A DNA stretch of 64,000 nucleotides from Zygnema circumcarinatum SAG 698-1b (GCA_037447605.1 CM074806.1:434001-498000); one strand, 5' to 3'; positions 21,293 to 34,144 are shown, numbered from the stretch's first letter. The notes: a model not told the origin generated them from the sequence alone. Program-made: numbers and translations.

Positions 21293-22317
21293 CAGCGGCC
21301 CCACCTTTTGGATATCGGCGCCCCTTTTTGGGAAAAATTGTACTTTTTTTTTTGGCTAATCACCCCCCCCCCCTTGGATCTTTCGGGAGGAGAGCTTGTA
21401 GACAATCGGACCCCGCGCCTCGCGCGCAGGATCCGATTGTGCACCGACGTACGGCGCCGCGCATCGCGGCGCGGCCCGCGAGATGCGGCGAGCCTACGGA
21501 AAAGTTGTCCTCACCTGACCCGTTTGGGTCAGAGGTTGCCACGTGGCAGTCTGCCATTGGACAGCCCTGCTGCCGGTCCCCCATGCCGATACAGTGGACC
21601 CCCATAATATTTTCGCCATGGTTTCGGCAAATACTGGGCGAAAATATTGTAATTTGCAAATATAAGGTCCGTGTTACCAATAGGCGAGCGGTATTATGTT
21701 AGAGTTCATGTCTGTTCGTATGTATCGTATCGTATCGTATCGTACCGTGATTTAGATACAAGAGCTCCTATTGGTGCTTTACGTATATCGTACGACTCAG
21801 AGATTTTATTCGTACTTACCGTACAGCGTAAAAGCGTGACCCATGCTTGAAATCCGTTCCGATTAACAGATTTTGTATTGGAGAATAGGTCAGGTTAGGT
21901 TAACACCCCTAATACGTTAACATTGAGTTACCGTACAAAAAGGTGGTTTCGGCAAAATCGGGGCAAGTTTCTTGGGGACGCACTGTACAAGGTGGAAAAT
22001 ATTATGGGGGTCCACTGTATCGGCATGGGGGACAGGCAGCAGGGCTGTCCAATGGCAGACTGCCACGTGGCAACCTCTGACCCAAACGGGTCAGGTGAGG
22101 ACAACTTTTCCGTAGGCTCGCCGCATCTCGCGGGCCGCGCCGCGATGCGCGGCGCCGTACGTCGGTGCACAGTCGGATCCTGCGCGCGAGGCGCGGGGTC
22201 CGATTGTCTACAAGATCTCTCCTCCCGAAAGATCCAAGGGGGGGGGGTAATTAGCCAAAAAAAAAAGTACAATTTTTCCCAAAAGGGGGCGCCGATATCC
22301 AAAAAGTGGGCCCACTG
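21293..22317. mobile_element. Tc1/mariner-type MITE composite (outer about 300-bp palindromic arms; inner MITE 21592-22017)
   Basis: Outer ends TA|CAGCGGCCCCAC...GTGGGCCCACTG|TA. Inner ends TA|CAGTGGACCCCCATAATATTTT...AAAATATTATGGGGGTCCACTG|TA. Confidence 0.85.
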
Positions 22318-22559
22318 TATCATTTTCCACAAAAAGTTGCACAACATTTGAGCACGTTGTCATTGCCACGTCATTCATGCTCTTGTCGAATGTTACGTCA
22401 CCAATCAAGCACGCCATTGGCTGGGTGGCAACAGATTGACAGACGCGCGGCAGATTGGCCAGGAGGAGAAACGGAGCACGTACGGCCACCCAGGTGCTGC
22501 TTTCCACGAACTTTCTGTCCGTACGTCGTACAGCTTGTGCCAAACCCTTTCGTCCGTAC

Positions 22560-23060
22560 ACAAACCCAAAAACTGAAAGGAGAATGCTGCTGCACCCCCC
22601 TATTTTGGTTATTACACCCCCCTTTTTGAAAAATTTGCCTGCCCATTTTGGTATCCCACCCCCCTGTTTTGGATATTTCACCCCCTTATTTTGGATATCC
22701 CACCCCCTGTTTTTTTCCTTTTCACTACTGACTTCCAACATTGTGCAACAAAAGAAAAGGAGATTTGCATTGATCTCAAGATGTTGTTGTTTTTTGTCGC
22801 TATGCCTGCCTATCTTGATGTGAACTCCTTCTGTAAAGCTCGGTAATGACTTGTACAAGCTCATCGCGGGTCTCATACTCACTTGGTAGCATTTCTGTGG
22901 ACATTGCAAACCGAGAAGAGGGGAGCAAAACATGGGGGTGGGATAACCAAAATGGGCGGGCAAAATTTCCAAATACGGGGGAACCAAAATAAGGGGGGTG
23001 CAATAGCATTCTCCAACTGAAAGCTGAGTTTTGGGATTTGGGTTTTGAGTTTTTCCTCGG
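22560..23060. mobile_element. Diverged inverted-repeat element
   Basis: GAAAGGAGAATGCTGCTGCACCCCCCTATTTTGG...TTTGCCTGCCCATTTTGGTATCCCACCCC (22575-22665) is mirrored at about 22935-23030. Confidence 0.6.
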
Positions 23061-23219
23061 TTTTCCATTATTTTTTTGTTTTTGACTATCAATCACGAAC
23101 AGTAAAGTTTTCTATTTATTATTTAAAAACAAAAAAAATTATTTACAAGCGCTATTCACCAATGTACAACTGTACAGTAATGCCCCAATAAAAATATTTC
23201 AGTTCCGGGCCCTAAAATT

Positions 23220-26200
23220 TTAGTCCCAGTCGAGGGTTCCGCCGTGCCCGGGCTGGTCATCGAGCTCGTAGAGAGGCCCGTTCACTGAAAAAAAAAAAAA
23301 GGTTCGGGGGGGGGGGGGGGGGGGGGNNNNNNNNNNGGGGGTACAATTTATTTGAATCAAAATTAATTGAAAAAAGCAAAAAAATTGAGAAATTAAGTTC
23401 CCATTCAGCAGCTCTCTCCCTCTCCTCCCTTTCTCTCTTTTTTTTCTTTTTTGTTTTTTTACCTCGGTATCCTCCTCGGACAGGGTCGTTGGCCAATAGG
23501 AGCGGCGTGTCCAGGTCGACGAATCTGCCCCGACAAGAAAAAGAAAAAAACACGAGAAAAAATATCAACGCCGAAATCCTCCAAAAACACAAAATTTCAG
23601 GAAACCCAAATACTCTAAACTTCAAAACCCTCAATGGCCCAAAAACCCAAAAAGCCCCAAAACCCTAAAACACTAAACCCCCAAAACCCTAAACCTTACA
23701 ACCCTGAAACCCTAAAACCCTTCAACCCCCAACCCCGCCACCCTAAAACCCTAAACCCCAAAACCCCAAAACCCCAAAACCCAAACCCCAACCCTCCTAC
23801 CCTCCCTAGCCCCCTACCCCTTTACCCCCCCTACCCCTTACCCCCTACCCCTACCCCCTACCCCCCTACCCCCCTACCCCCCTACCCCCCTACCACCCTA
23901 CCCCCCTACCCCCCTACCTCCCTACCCCCCTACCCCCCTACCCCCCTACCTCCCTACCCCCCTACCCCCCTACCCCCCTACCCCCCTACCCCCCTACCCC
24001 CCTACCCCCTACCCCCCTCCCCCCAACCCCCTAACCCCTACCCCCTACCCCTGACCTCTACCCCTACCCCTACCCCTACCCCCCTACCCCCCTACCCCCT
24101 ACCCCTACCCCCCCCCCTACCCCCTACCCCCCTACCCTACCCCCCTACCCTACCCCCCTACCCCTACCCCCCTACCCCTACCCCTACCCCCTACCCCTAC
24201 CCCTACCCCCTGCCCCTACTACCCCCTGCCCCTACCCCTACCCCTGCCCCCTACCCCCTACCCCTACCCCTACCCCCTGCCCCCTACCCCCCTACCCCCT
24301 GCCCCTACCCCTAGCCCCTAGCTCCCACCTGAACCCCCCAGGCCCTAGCCCCTAGCCCCTAGCCCCTAGCCCCTAGCCCCACCTAGCCCCACCTGACCCC
24401 CCCAGGCCCTAGCCCCTAGCCCCTAGCCCCTAGCCCCACCTGAACCCCCCCAGGCCCGCCGCGAGGTGCGCGGAGAAGCCCATTCCGATGCGCGTCTCGA
24501 CCATTCCGCCAATCATGAGCGCCAGCCCGTGGCGGCGCGCCACGTGGACGATTTCGAGGGCGCCGAGGACGCCCACTTTGGCGAGTTTGATGTTGATGGC
24601 GCCCGCCAGCTGGCGGCTCGCGATTCGCTCCGCGTCGGCGAGGCTGCGGCAGCTTTCGTCGGCCGCCACCTGGACGCCGTACAGCCGCCCGGCGACCTCG
24701 CTGACGTGGCGGATGCCCAGCCAATCACGGCGCGGCGTGGGCTGCTCGAAGAGGATCGGATCCAAACCAAGGTCTAAAAATGATATTTTTTTCCAAAAAA
24801 AAAAAATTTAGAGGGAAGTAATCAACTGTTGAATGGATCCAGAAGTGAAATTTTTTATCATAAATTAAAAAAAAAAAAAAAAATTACCGTGTAGCCGCTC
24901 GAGCACTTGCAGGGCCTGTTCCGAAGTGTATCCGCAGTTCGCGTCGAGGAGGAGATCGCAGGTCGGGTGGCCACGTCGGATGGCGGATAGACGCGCCACG
25001 TCAGCATCCACAGTGGTGCCGCCAATCTTCGTCTTGATGGAGAGGAATCCTCTCTGCCAATAGTGAGCTGCCAGCTCAGCAGCGGTGGAGGGAGAGCAGA
25101 TGGGGATCTGATGGGGGCGAGAGGAAGGGAAAAGGAAGGCATGAGGGGGTTTTTTGTTTTCAGTTTTCAGTCGGAGTTCGAATCTGAGGAACGGGTTTGG
25201 GTCAGAAGTGGAGAGGGAGACGGGGGGGGGAGGGGGAGGGAGGGGAGATGGAGAGGGAGGAGGAGAGGGAGAGGGAGAGGGAGAGGGAAAGGGAGGAGAG
25301 ATGGAGAGGGCGAGAAAGGAGAGAGGGAGAGGGAGGGGAGATGGAGAGGGGGGAGGAGAAGGAGAGGAAGAGGGAGGAGAGAGGGAGAGGGCGAGGAAGG
25401 AGAGAGGGAGAGGGAGGGAAGATGGAGATGGAGAGGATGGAGACGAGGGGTTAGGAGGGGAAATGGAGTAGGAGGAGGAGAGGGAGAGGAAGGGGAGAGG
25501 AAGAGTAAGTATAAGGGGGAGGGGGGGGCAGAGGGAGAGGAAAAGCAGAGATGAGAGAGGAGAAGCAAGGGAAACCGGAAGCAGAGGGAAAAGGGAAGAG
25601 GACATGGAGAGGAGAGGGAGGTAGAGAACACAGAGAAAATTACGGATTCAAACATTTGATAGCCTTCACTATTGGGAAGGCAAAATCTGAAGGGGTTGGG
25701 GTGGGAGAGAAGGTGATGTTGGGGCCGCCGCAACATACTGTGATGTCGGTCGTGACGCGGTCGCTACATCCTCCGAAGAAGGCCCAAAGAGGAATCTCCT
25801 GACTGCGCGCAACTGCGTCAACAATTGACATTTCTACCCCCGCTCGGATCTGGAAAAAAACCAAATGAATAAAGCAGTTTAAATAAGGAAATAAAGCAAT
25901 CCGGCAATCGATTGAATGATTAAAAGGTAATTGCTTGCCGAATCAATAACAACAATAGAGCTGATTAAAGAGTTCGATCATAAAACATGAAAGTGGGTAA
26001 ATTTAATCGATAAACCGATCCTTTAAACCAGGCCCAAAAAACATAAACCCAAAACCCCCAAAATCCGAAAACCTCACACAATAAAAAACACGAACCAGAA
26101 TTTCAAAAACCTGAAGCACCCCAATAACCTTAAAAAAAAAAAAACAGCACAAAAAAACCCATAAAAAAAGAAAAAAATTACCGCTGCGTATTGGTGTCCG

Positions 26201-26844
26201 GGCATGTACTCCCCGAGCCCTCGAATGAGATCCAGCCACGTGGCAGCCTCCTGGCGCTCCAGCCAATCCCCAGCCAGGGCCGCCCCAGCCAATGCCTCCT
26301 CCTGATTTTCCGCCGTGACTGGCGGCATTATGGGTACCTCCCCCCACCCTACACTACCGTCCAAAAGCTCCGTACGAATGGCGACATTTTCGACACGTGT
26401 CACGTTGGCAGAGGCTATCGTAAACGGAGCCAAGAGCGGCACGTCGAGAGGGCGCGCATCGAGCTTCAAAATTTTAACGGGCGGCAAATCTGTTTGGAAT
26501 TGGGGGAAAAAATTACCATCTGAGCCCTCCTTTCTCGGTTTTTGCGTTTCCGGGGAATTGGGACCGTGCGAAAAGGCGCAGGAATTTGATTTTTTCGACG
26601 AAATTCGCAAGTGGGCCGATCTGTAATTAGGGGAAAAGGGGAGATTAGGGTTCAGAGAAGCGATCTGCATCTGGGTTTTGGCCCTGAACCCTGAAAAGTG
26701 GAGTGGTTTCTGCGTGCTGTTGGGGGGAAAGGGGAGGCTTCGCTTGAGGCGGGGGAGGGAGGAGAGGGAGACATCCTCTGCTTCTGCGCTTGCTTGGGAT
26801 TGCAGAATTGAAGAAATTGGGGAGGTGGGGTTTACGGAATGCAT
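23220..26844 (-). CDS. L-Ala-D/L-amino acid epimerase (enolase superfamily), probable plastid transit peptide
   Basis: Six exons reconstructed. Motifs: PLLAPFTIAS, GWGEVP, IRAGVEMSIVDA, KTKIG, LLDANCGY, LFEQP, AADESC, NIKLAK, MIGGMVET, FVDLDTPLLL, GHGGTLDWD* (stop 23220-23222). Confidence 0.93.
23640..24445 (-). repeat. Telomere-like AAACCCT grading into (CCCCTA)n and (GCCCCTA)n in epimerase intron
   Basis: The plus strand shows a gradient AAACCCT, then CCCCTA, then CTAGCCC. It is G-rich on the sense strand, following the donor. Confidence 0.9.
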
Positions 26845-26857
26845 GGAGAAAGTGAGA

Positions 26858-26897
<40 letters not shown>

Positions 26898-27495
26898 GCG
26901 AGCGAGAGAGCGAGCTGGCTACTAATGCTAAACGAAGAATTAAGAATAAAAATTAAAGCGTGCACGTGTGAGGCACATAATTGGCTCCAAAGTCTGAGGG
27001 AAAGGCCGGTTGAGAATTGCGCTGTACTGTTTCCGACTGGATCGTAGGTCTAACCACCACTGAGCTCTGCCTCGTCGAAATCAATCGGAGCCCCCCACGT
27101 GATCGATATGCAAACGTGGCGATCCGTGATTGGTCCAGTTTACAACGACGAATGGAGATCCACTTCGAGACTAGTGGGAGCGCCGCGTGTCAGTGCCTCT
27201 GACTGAGTCAGACTTCAGAACGACGACATTTTCACAGATCGCGTTCAAGTGTGAACGGAACACTGCAATCGTTGCTGTCATATGCGGATCCGTACGATTT
27301 GTTTGTCGTTAAGTCAAATGCAAGTGTGAACAGGGACATTCGCCAGCTTAGCACAGCTCAGCTTTCTTTTGGTTATTTGGGGTCAACCTTTCCTTAAAGT
27401 TAACGGATCCAAAGTTAACTATTCTATAAAGTTAAAGTAAGCGATACCACGGAATTTGATAAAATAAAATCACTTGGACATAAAAAAGAACAATA

Positions 27496-27696
27496 GGGGG
27501 AGTCAGACTTTGACCATGGCCAAATCAATTAAGCAAGCCTGTCGGGCGAATTAAGCATTGGCTAGGTACACATTTCGGTACGGCTGGGTATGGCGGGGCC
27601 CCGGATCCCGACCCGAAATTCGTACACGAAAGAAGTGACTTTTAGTATAAGGAATTCGGGAATTTAGTACGCGATGGTCAAGGTCTGACTCCCCTT
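27496..27696. mobile_element. Short MITE-like element with about 22-bp TIRs
   Basis: GGGGAGTCAGACTTTGACCAT...ATGGTCAAGGTCTGACTCCCC. The TSD is ambiguous. Confidence 0.5.
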
Positions 27697-27929
27697 AATA
27701 TGATCATAAAGGAATACAAAAAAATGCTGGTTTAGCTTCCTATCTTAATAAAGAAAAAAAAAAGATTGCTCAAAAATCAAATTCAATTGGTAAAAGGTTG
27801 AATCCTGTTTACAAATTCAAAAAAATTAGAGCCTAAAACTAAAACCCTGAAATCTAAGCACTAAAAAAGAGAGAAAAAAAAAGAAAAAATCAAGTGAAGA
27901 GCCAAACCCAATTTAAAAAAAAAAATTGA

Positions 27930-27947
27930 CTACTTACTTTTTACTGA

Positions 27948-28014
<67 letters not shown>

Positions 28015-31000
28015 AATCCCCCCTCCAACTCTCCGAACTGCAGCACATGTGGCGCCAGTTCCAGTAACCGTTCAACTGTGCCGGGCCCAAACTTCCGTGC
28101 GAACAAGTAACATGGAACTGCTCGGCCGTTCCGTACACACGGAATCGCATCCAACCTTTTGTCCGTAAACGCGCGAAATGTGGAAATATTTTTCAGTTTC
28201 AGTATGAAATTTTCCGTCACGTCACTCGCCTCATACGTCGGCGGATGGAAGGTCTGAAAGTTCGTACTGTTCCAGTCCACATACATTAACGTCCGGTTAG
28301 CCAAAAAATTCGCTTTTTTTATGTACAAAAGCGTCGGCATGTAACGTTCATCAATTATGCCCCTCCTCTTCGGAAACACGCAATCCGGGCAGCCGTAAAA
28401 TTCTTTAAATTTTGGGTAAAAGCAGGTATCCGAAAGCACTGTGGCGACTAAGTCCCTGTGAAGCTCCTTCCAGCCGTCCCCCTTTTTCCACACTTTCCTG
28501 GAAACTTCCGGGAGGAGTTCAGGCTTCCAACTCAAGTGCGCCACGGGGCAGCGTGTAACTGTGATGAAACTGAACGGAGATTCCGTGACATATGAATAGA
28601 CATAGGAGAAATTAAAAAGGGGTATACATGACTCGGAAAGAAGAATCATGAATTTGTTGGAGGGGTCGAGGAGGGCGTGCGCCATTAGACGGAGCTCCGC
28701 ATTGAGGAGACCCAAACTGCCCCAACTCACTTTCTGCAAGAGCAATAGGGAGTGCTTGCTGGGTGGGAGAGGTGAGGGAGAGGATGAGAGAGGTGAGGGA
28801 GGGGATGAGAGAGGTGAGGGAGAGGATGAGAGGGGTGAGGGAGAGGATGAGAGGGGTGAGGGAGAGGATGAGAAAGGTGAGGGAGAGGATGAGAGAGGTA
28901 AGGGGGAGGATGAGAGAGGTGAGGGAGAGGATGAGAGAGGTGAGGGAGAGGATGAGAGGGGTGAGGGAGGGGATGAGAGAGGTGGATGAGAGGATGAGAG
29001 AGGTGAGGGAGAGAGGATGCGAGAGGTGAGGGAGAGAGGATGAGAGAGGTGAGGGAGAGGATGAGAGAGGTGAGGGAGAGGATGAGAGAGGTGAGGGAGA
29101 GGATGAGAGAGGTGAGGGAGAGGATGAGGGAGGTGAGGGAGAGAGGATGAGAGAGGTGAGGGAGAGAGGTTGAGAGAGGTGAGGGATGGGGCGAGCGAGG
29201 TGAGGGGGAGAGGATGAGAGAGGTGAGGGAGAGAATGGGCGAGGTGAGGGAGAGGATGACAGAGGTGAGGGAGAGGGAGAGAGAAGGAGAGAGAAGGGGG
29301 GAAGGAGGGAGGGAGCGGAGAAGGGATGGGAGAAGGGAAAAGGGAAACGAAGAGATAGGTTGGTGGAGTGTCTTATTATCTGTATGCTTACCTTGCTTGG
29401 AATGTGCCGTCCTCGGAAAACTTCTGGCAAAGTTTGATCGGTTGTGTTGTAATCCGGATTAGCGTGAATGTAGATGGAGAATTTTCCAGTGTGCCCCCTG
29501 CGGGAAACATTGAACCCTTTAATAATAGTTTTTATGAATGTGGAATCGGAAATTTTATCGCAGGCAAGCTAAGTCCGAGGGCGGAGTTACTGACCGAAAA
29601 AAATGTTCCCAGAGAGGAGCTAAAGGAAGGGGCCCACGTGTAATGAACAAGAATGCGATCTGATTGGGTCGAAAGTATGGTGTAAAAAAGGGAGGGGGAG
29701 ACGAAAGAAAAGGGAGAGGGGAAACCAATGTGAGGTTCGGTTTCAGTTTCAGGAAATGGGTTTCAGAGAGGAAGATGATAGGAGTAGAGAGGAGGGAGGG
29801 AGGAAGAGAGGGAGAGGGAGAGAGTGAGGAGGGGAGAGTGAGCGAAGAAAGTGGAAGAGGGGGATAGAAAAAGGGGCACCGAAGAGCAAGAGTGTGTGAG
29901 GGGTGAGGGCAGAGAGAGAGAGGGGAGAGGGTGAGAGAGAGGGAGAAACGATGGGGTAGAAAAGTGCAAGAGTATGTGAGGGATGAAGGCAGAGAGAGAG
30001 AGGGGGAGAGGGAGGGCAGAAGGCGAGAGAGATGAGCAGGGGGAAGGGGGAAGAGGGGAGATGGGAAGAGAGGGAAGGAAAAAAGTGAGCGGAAAGGATT
30101 AGTGCAGATGGGGAGTAGGGGGGAGGGAGGGAGAAAGAGAGAGAGAAATGTGAGGAGATAGAAGCTTCCATGAACTTGTTCAGTTTTAGCAGCTGGAACA
30201 AACAAGTTCTATGCTAATTATTTTGTACCTTCGCTACAGACAAATCGCTGGCAGGTTGCATCGCGAGAGCCCTCGCAAAGAGTTCCTGATCTGCAATAAC
30301 CCTAATTCACAAACTTCAAATGTCTTACTTGGGTTTCTGGGTTCAGGTTTGTGCTTCAGGGTTTCAGGAGCCTTGAAAATTTCGTACAAAAGTAAACCTA
30401 TGAATTCAAAGAGAAAAAAATATAGGGTGAGCATAATGTGCTGCCCTTCCTACCCCTCCCTCCCCCTCCCCTCCCTCTCACTCTCCCCTCTCCTATCCTT
30501 TCTCCCCTTCTCCCCTTCTCCCGCCCCCCCCCTCTCTCTCTCCCTCCCCCCTCTCCTATCCCTTCTCCCCTTCTCCAATTCCCACCCCCCTCCCTCTCCC
30601 TCCCCCCTCTCCTTTCTCCTCCCTCTCGCACTCCTCTCCCCCCTCCCTCTCCCTCCCCCATCTCCTATCATTTCTCCCCTTCTCCCAACCCCCCCCTCTC
30701 CCTCTCCCTCCCCACTCTCCTATCCTTTCTCCCCTTCTCCCACTCCCCTCTCTCTCCCCCCCCCTCTCCTATCCCTTCTCCCCTTCTCCCACTCCCACTC
30801 CCACCCCCCCCCCTCTCCCTCCCCCCTCTCCTTACCTGACTCTTCGTGATCTTCCGAGGGACGAAGAGAAGTCGGAAGCCGGCAACGTTCCGGAAGCTCT
30901 ACCCTGTCTGCTGACGTGGCCTTTGCGATGGGTGCCAGGTGTGCCCGCAGCCCACGTGGCAGCGCCTCATTGGCCCCCGCCTCCTCGTAGAGCTCTGAAT

Positions 31001-31130
31001 AGTCCGCCACCTCCTCTGTGCGCGGAGGGACCTTTTGGGCACTCGGGAGGAGGTCGGCGGAGAAGAGGAGGAGGCAGATGGAGGCGGCGAAGAGGAGGAG
31101 GTAGAGGAAGGGCCGGGAGAGGCCCAGCAT
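27930..31130 (-). CDS. Core-2/I-branching beta-1,6-GlcNAc-transferase-like (DUF266/BC10 family) glycosyltransferase
   Basis: N-terminal TM anchor. Exons read DQELFARA, IAFLFITRGPLPLAPLWEHFFR|GHTGKFSIYIH, VFRGRHIPSK, VSWGSLGLLNAELRLMAHALLDPSNKFMILLSESCIPLFNF, DERYMPTLL, YVDW, CYLFARKF. Confidence 0.92.
28765..29270. repeat. About 21-bp purine-rich minisatellite (GAGAGGATGAGAGAGGTGAGG)n in intron
   Basis: About 20 tandem copies with minor variants are visible. Confidence 0.85.
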
Positions 31131-31373
31131 TGTCTGTTGGAGAGAGAGAGAGAGAGAGGAGGGGCGAAGTGAGGGAGAGAGAGAGAGAGAAAAGGGCGAG
31201 AGGGAGGAAGGCAGCTTGAGAGAGAGTGGGAGGGGGGCGGAGGGAGAGGGGAAGAGAGGGGAGAGAGGGAGAGATTGGGGGAGAGCGAGGGGAGAGAGAG
31301 AGAAGGGGCGTGAGAGGTAAAGGACGAGAGACGGGAAAAACAGAGAAGGGGAGAGGCAGCATAACAGGGAGTC

Positions 31374-31415
<42 letters not shown>

Positions 31416-32879
31416 GTGGGAATAAAAATGGCTAGGTCCATGAATGCAATAACGGAACTCATGGACAATTCCTGAGAAGGAAAAAAAAAATCGTGAAAAC
31501 CCATTTGAGATGCAAGTAAGGAAACCCACCTTTTACAATTTAAAAAAAAAAACAAATCAGGAAAGCTCGGAAAATTTATCCGATCTCCTGCTGCTCAACG
31601 CGGGGAGGTGGGGGGAGACTGCAGCTGGGCAGTGAGAGAGGGAGAGAGAGAGCGAGAGGCAGATGGGGTTGTGAGAGAGAGCGAGAGAGAGCGAGCCGGG
31701 AGGGAGAGGGAGAGGGAGAGGGAGAGGGAGAGGGGCAGAGAGAGAGAGGGGAGAGGGAAGCAGTCGACATCTGGGTTCAGAACGAAGGGTTCTGGCTTTG
31801 GGGTTTTGCTGGGGGAGGGAGAGTCAGGGGGAGGGCCTTCCGGGCGGGAGAGGAGGTTTTTCTGCATTGAGAACTTAAGAGGCTACCAACGTCCAATAGC
31901 GTGGCGCCACGTGGATATGTCTGTACACGTGGCGGATAGCAGGTGGTGAAATGTTCTGACGAGGTGGCACGTGGAGAAACCGGATTGGTCTGGCTTTATG
32001 ACAGCTGGCGAATGCTGATTTGTTGCAGATAAGGACAAAATTGCAGAAATGCCGCTTCTGGGACATTTTAAAGGAGTACCGTGCTTCGGTTTTGTACAGT
32101 ACCAAAATACGAAATGTAGAATTATGTACCATACTCATTCTACGTTGAAGTTCGACGGGAATCGTACATTACGATACCGCCTATCGGCATTTGACAGCTG
32201 TCAATAGTCTCACTTGGTGACGTCATAACCTTAAATTCCTGTCAGCTGACCAATTTGGGCTACCGCCGGTCACCTCCGTCGCGGTCGGTCTCCTCCCACA
32301 TGGGCCCAATGTTGTGGCCATGTTTTGGTGTCAAAAAAAAAAAAAAGTGGACGGCCTATTTTTGTAGATTCATTTTTAATTTTCTTTTGCAAGGTTTACT
32401 GTACGGTAAAATGTACGAAAATAGTACGATTAAGGGACTCCGTACAAAGATGTACGGTAACATGGAACAGTCCTGGGCCACGCTGTACGGCCAGAGAGCA
32501 AGCCATGGCTGCAAGGCCGCCTGCTTTCGCCCTCAAGCGCTGACTTATGATTTTTTGGGAGGGTTAAACGGCAGAATTTAAAAATAAAAAAATTATATAT
32601 ATAGTTAGAAGCTCGGCTGCAAAGTCTTCTGCATTGTGTTCTTTAGGTAAGTTTTTTTTTTTTTTTTTTGTATGGATGCAGGATGGATGACTTTAGAGTT
32701 TGATTTAGGGCTACCTCACGCTTGCATTTGGAGCTGTAAGGCTGTTGAATGTAAAGCCAGCAGTTTTTTCTTTACTAAAGTAGACGTTGTTTCTTGAGAG
32801 AGCGAGCAACCTTTTTTCATATCTAATTCATTATTTCACTTCAAGCTTCATCCCGCTCTCACTTTCAACCTTCAAGATA

Positions 32880-33095
32880 AGGGTTACATTAAGATTAGGG
32901 TTAAGGCTAGCATTAGTTTTAGGGTAAGGGTTAGGGTAAAGGTTAAGTTTAGGGCTTAGGCTGAAGTTTAGAGTTAGAATTAGGGTTAAGTTTAGGGTGA
33001 GGGTTAAGTTCAGGATTAGGGTTAGGGTTCAGTTCAGGATTAGGGTTAGGGTTCAGTTTAGGATTAGGGTTAGGGTTAATTTTAGGGTTAGGGTC
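32880..33095 (+). repeat. Degenerate telomere-like tract in probable 5'-UTR intron of the LPP-gamma gene
   Basis: TTAGGG variants lie between donor GTAAGT (about 32647) and acceptor TGTGCAG (about 33233). Confidence 0.7.
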
Positions 33096-33239
33096 AGCGT
33101 CCCCTTACATCTCTTCTAAAAAGCTCTCCCTTTTGAACTTGAACCCACTTTTAAACTTTTTAACCAACCCACTTCCCTTTTCCTTCTTCTTCTTCTTCTT
33201 CTCCTTCTTCTCCTTCTTCTTCTTTTTGTGCAGCACGCA

Positions 33240-33902
33240 ATGCCCCTCCGAGCAGTGAACCTGACCCATGTCCGCTACGAACATGGCGACCTTCTCGGGA
33301 AGCTCCTCGCGTGGTTCTCTCTCCTCCCCGTCTTCATCGCCCTTGGCGGCTTCACCTCCCTCGCCCTCTTCCGCCGCGAGCTTCAAACCATCTTCTTCGC
33401 CCTCGGTCTCGGCATGTCTGAAGTGCTCAACCAAACCCTAAAGCGAATCATCCGCCAATCACGGCCTGCCACGTGTCATGCTCTCGAGACATGTGACAGC
33501 CATGGCATGCCCTCCAGCCACTCTCAATACATGTGCTTTTTCGCCATATATTGCTCTCTTTTAGTCCTCAAAAGACTGACTTTTTCCGACCGTTTCAGTT
33601 ACTACTTCAGTCTCCTCCTCCCTTGGCCCCTTGCCTTCCTCACAATGTGGTCCAGAGTCTATCTCGGCTACCACACCTTCCCCCAAGTCATGGCCGGAGC
33701 TTGCGTGGGGCTAAGTATGGGGTATTTTTGGTGGTGGCTTGTGGACTCTAAATTTGTTCCTAAATTTCCTGACTGGTCGGAAAGCCGCGTTTGCCGCTAC
33801 CTCTGCATAAAAGACAATGGTCACATCCCTAATGTTTTGGAATTTGAGTACAAGAATTCGTTGGCTGTCCGAAAGGTGCTTCAAGACATGAAGGCGGATT
33901 AG
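33240..33902 (+). CDS. LPPG: Lipid phosphate phosphatase gamma / dolichyl-diphosphatase (PAP2 family)
   Basis: Intronless CDS. LTHVRYEHGDLLGKLLAWFSLLP, KRIIRQSRP, GMPSSHSQYM and SRVYLGYHT cover PAP2 motifs C1-C3. Confidence 0.93.
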   Translation: MPLRAVNLTHVRYEHGDLLGKLLAWFSLLPVFIALGGFTSLALFRRELQTIFFALGLGMSEVLNQTLKRIIRQSRPATCHALETCDSHGMPSSHSQYMCFFAIYCSLLVLKRLTFSDRFSYYFSLLLPWPLAFLTMWSRVYLGYHTFPQVMAGACVGLSMGYFWWWLVDSKFVPKFPDWSESRVCRYLCIKDNGHIPNVLEFEYKNSLAVRKVLQDMKAD

Positions 33903-34144
33903 GGAACTGCAGGGTTTAGGGTTTAGGGTTTAGGGGTCAGGGGTTAGGGGTAGGGTTAGGGTTAGGTTTCGAGATGGGCTTTTGGGTCTGATCGAATCAA
34001 GAGGGAAGGAGGTGGGTCTCTAGTGTAATGGTTTGACGGCTTCAGAGTGATGGGAGACATCTGTTGATAATGCCCCTCCCAAATTTTGGGTTTACTGTTT
34101 AGAGTTTGAAGTTTGAATATTAGGGTTTGAGGATTGGATGCCTT

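Noticed and set aside
19088-22351. Duplicated protein-coding ORF pairs (19088-19633/19595-19981; 21256-21702/21928-22347)
   Set aside because: They are mirror translations of inverted-repeat arms with no recognisable domain.
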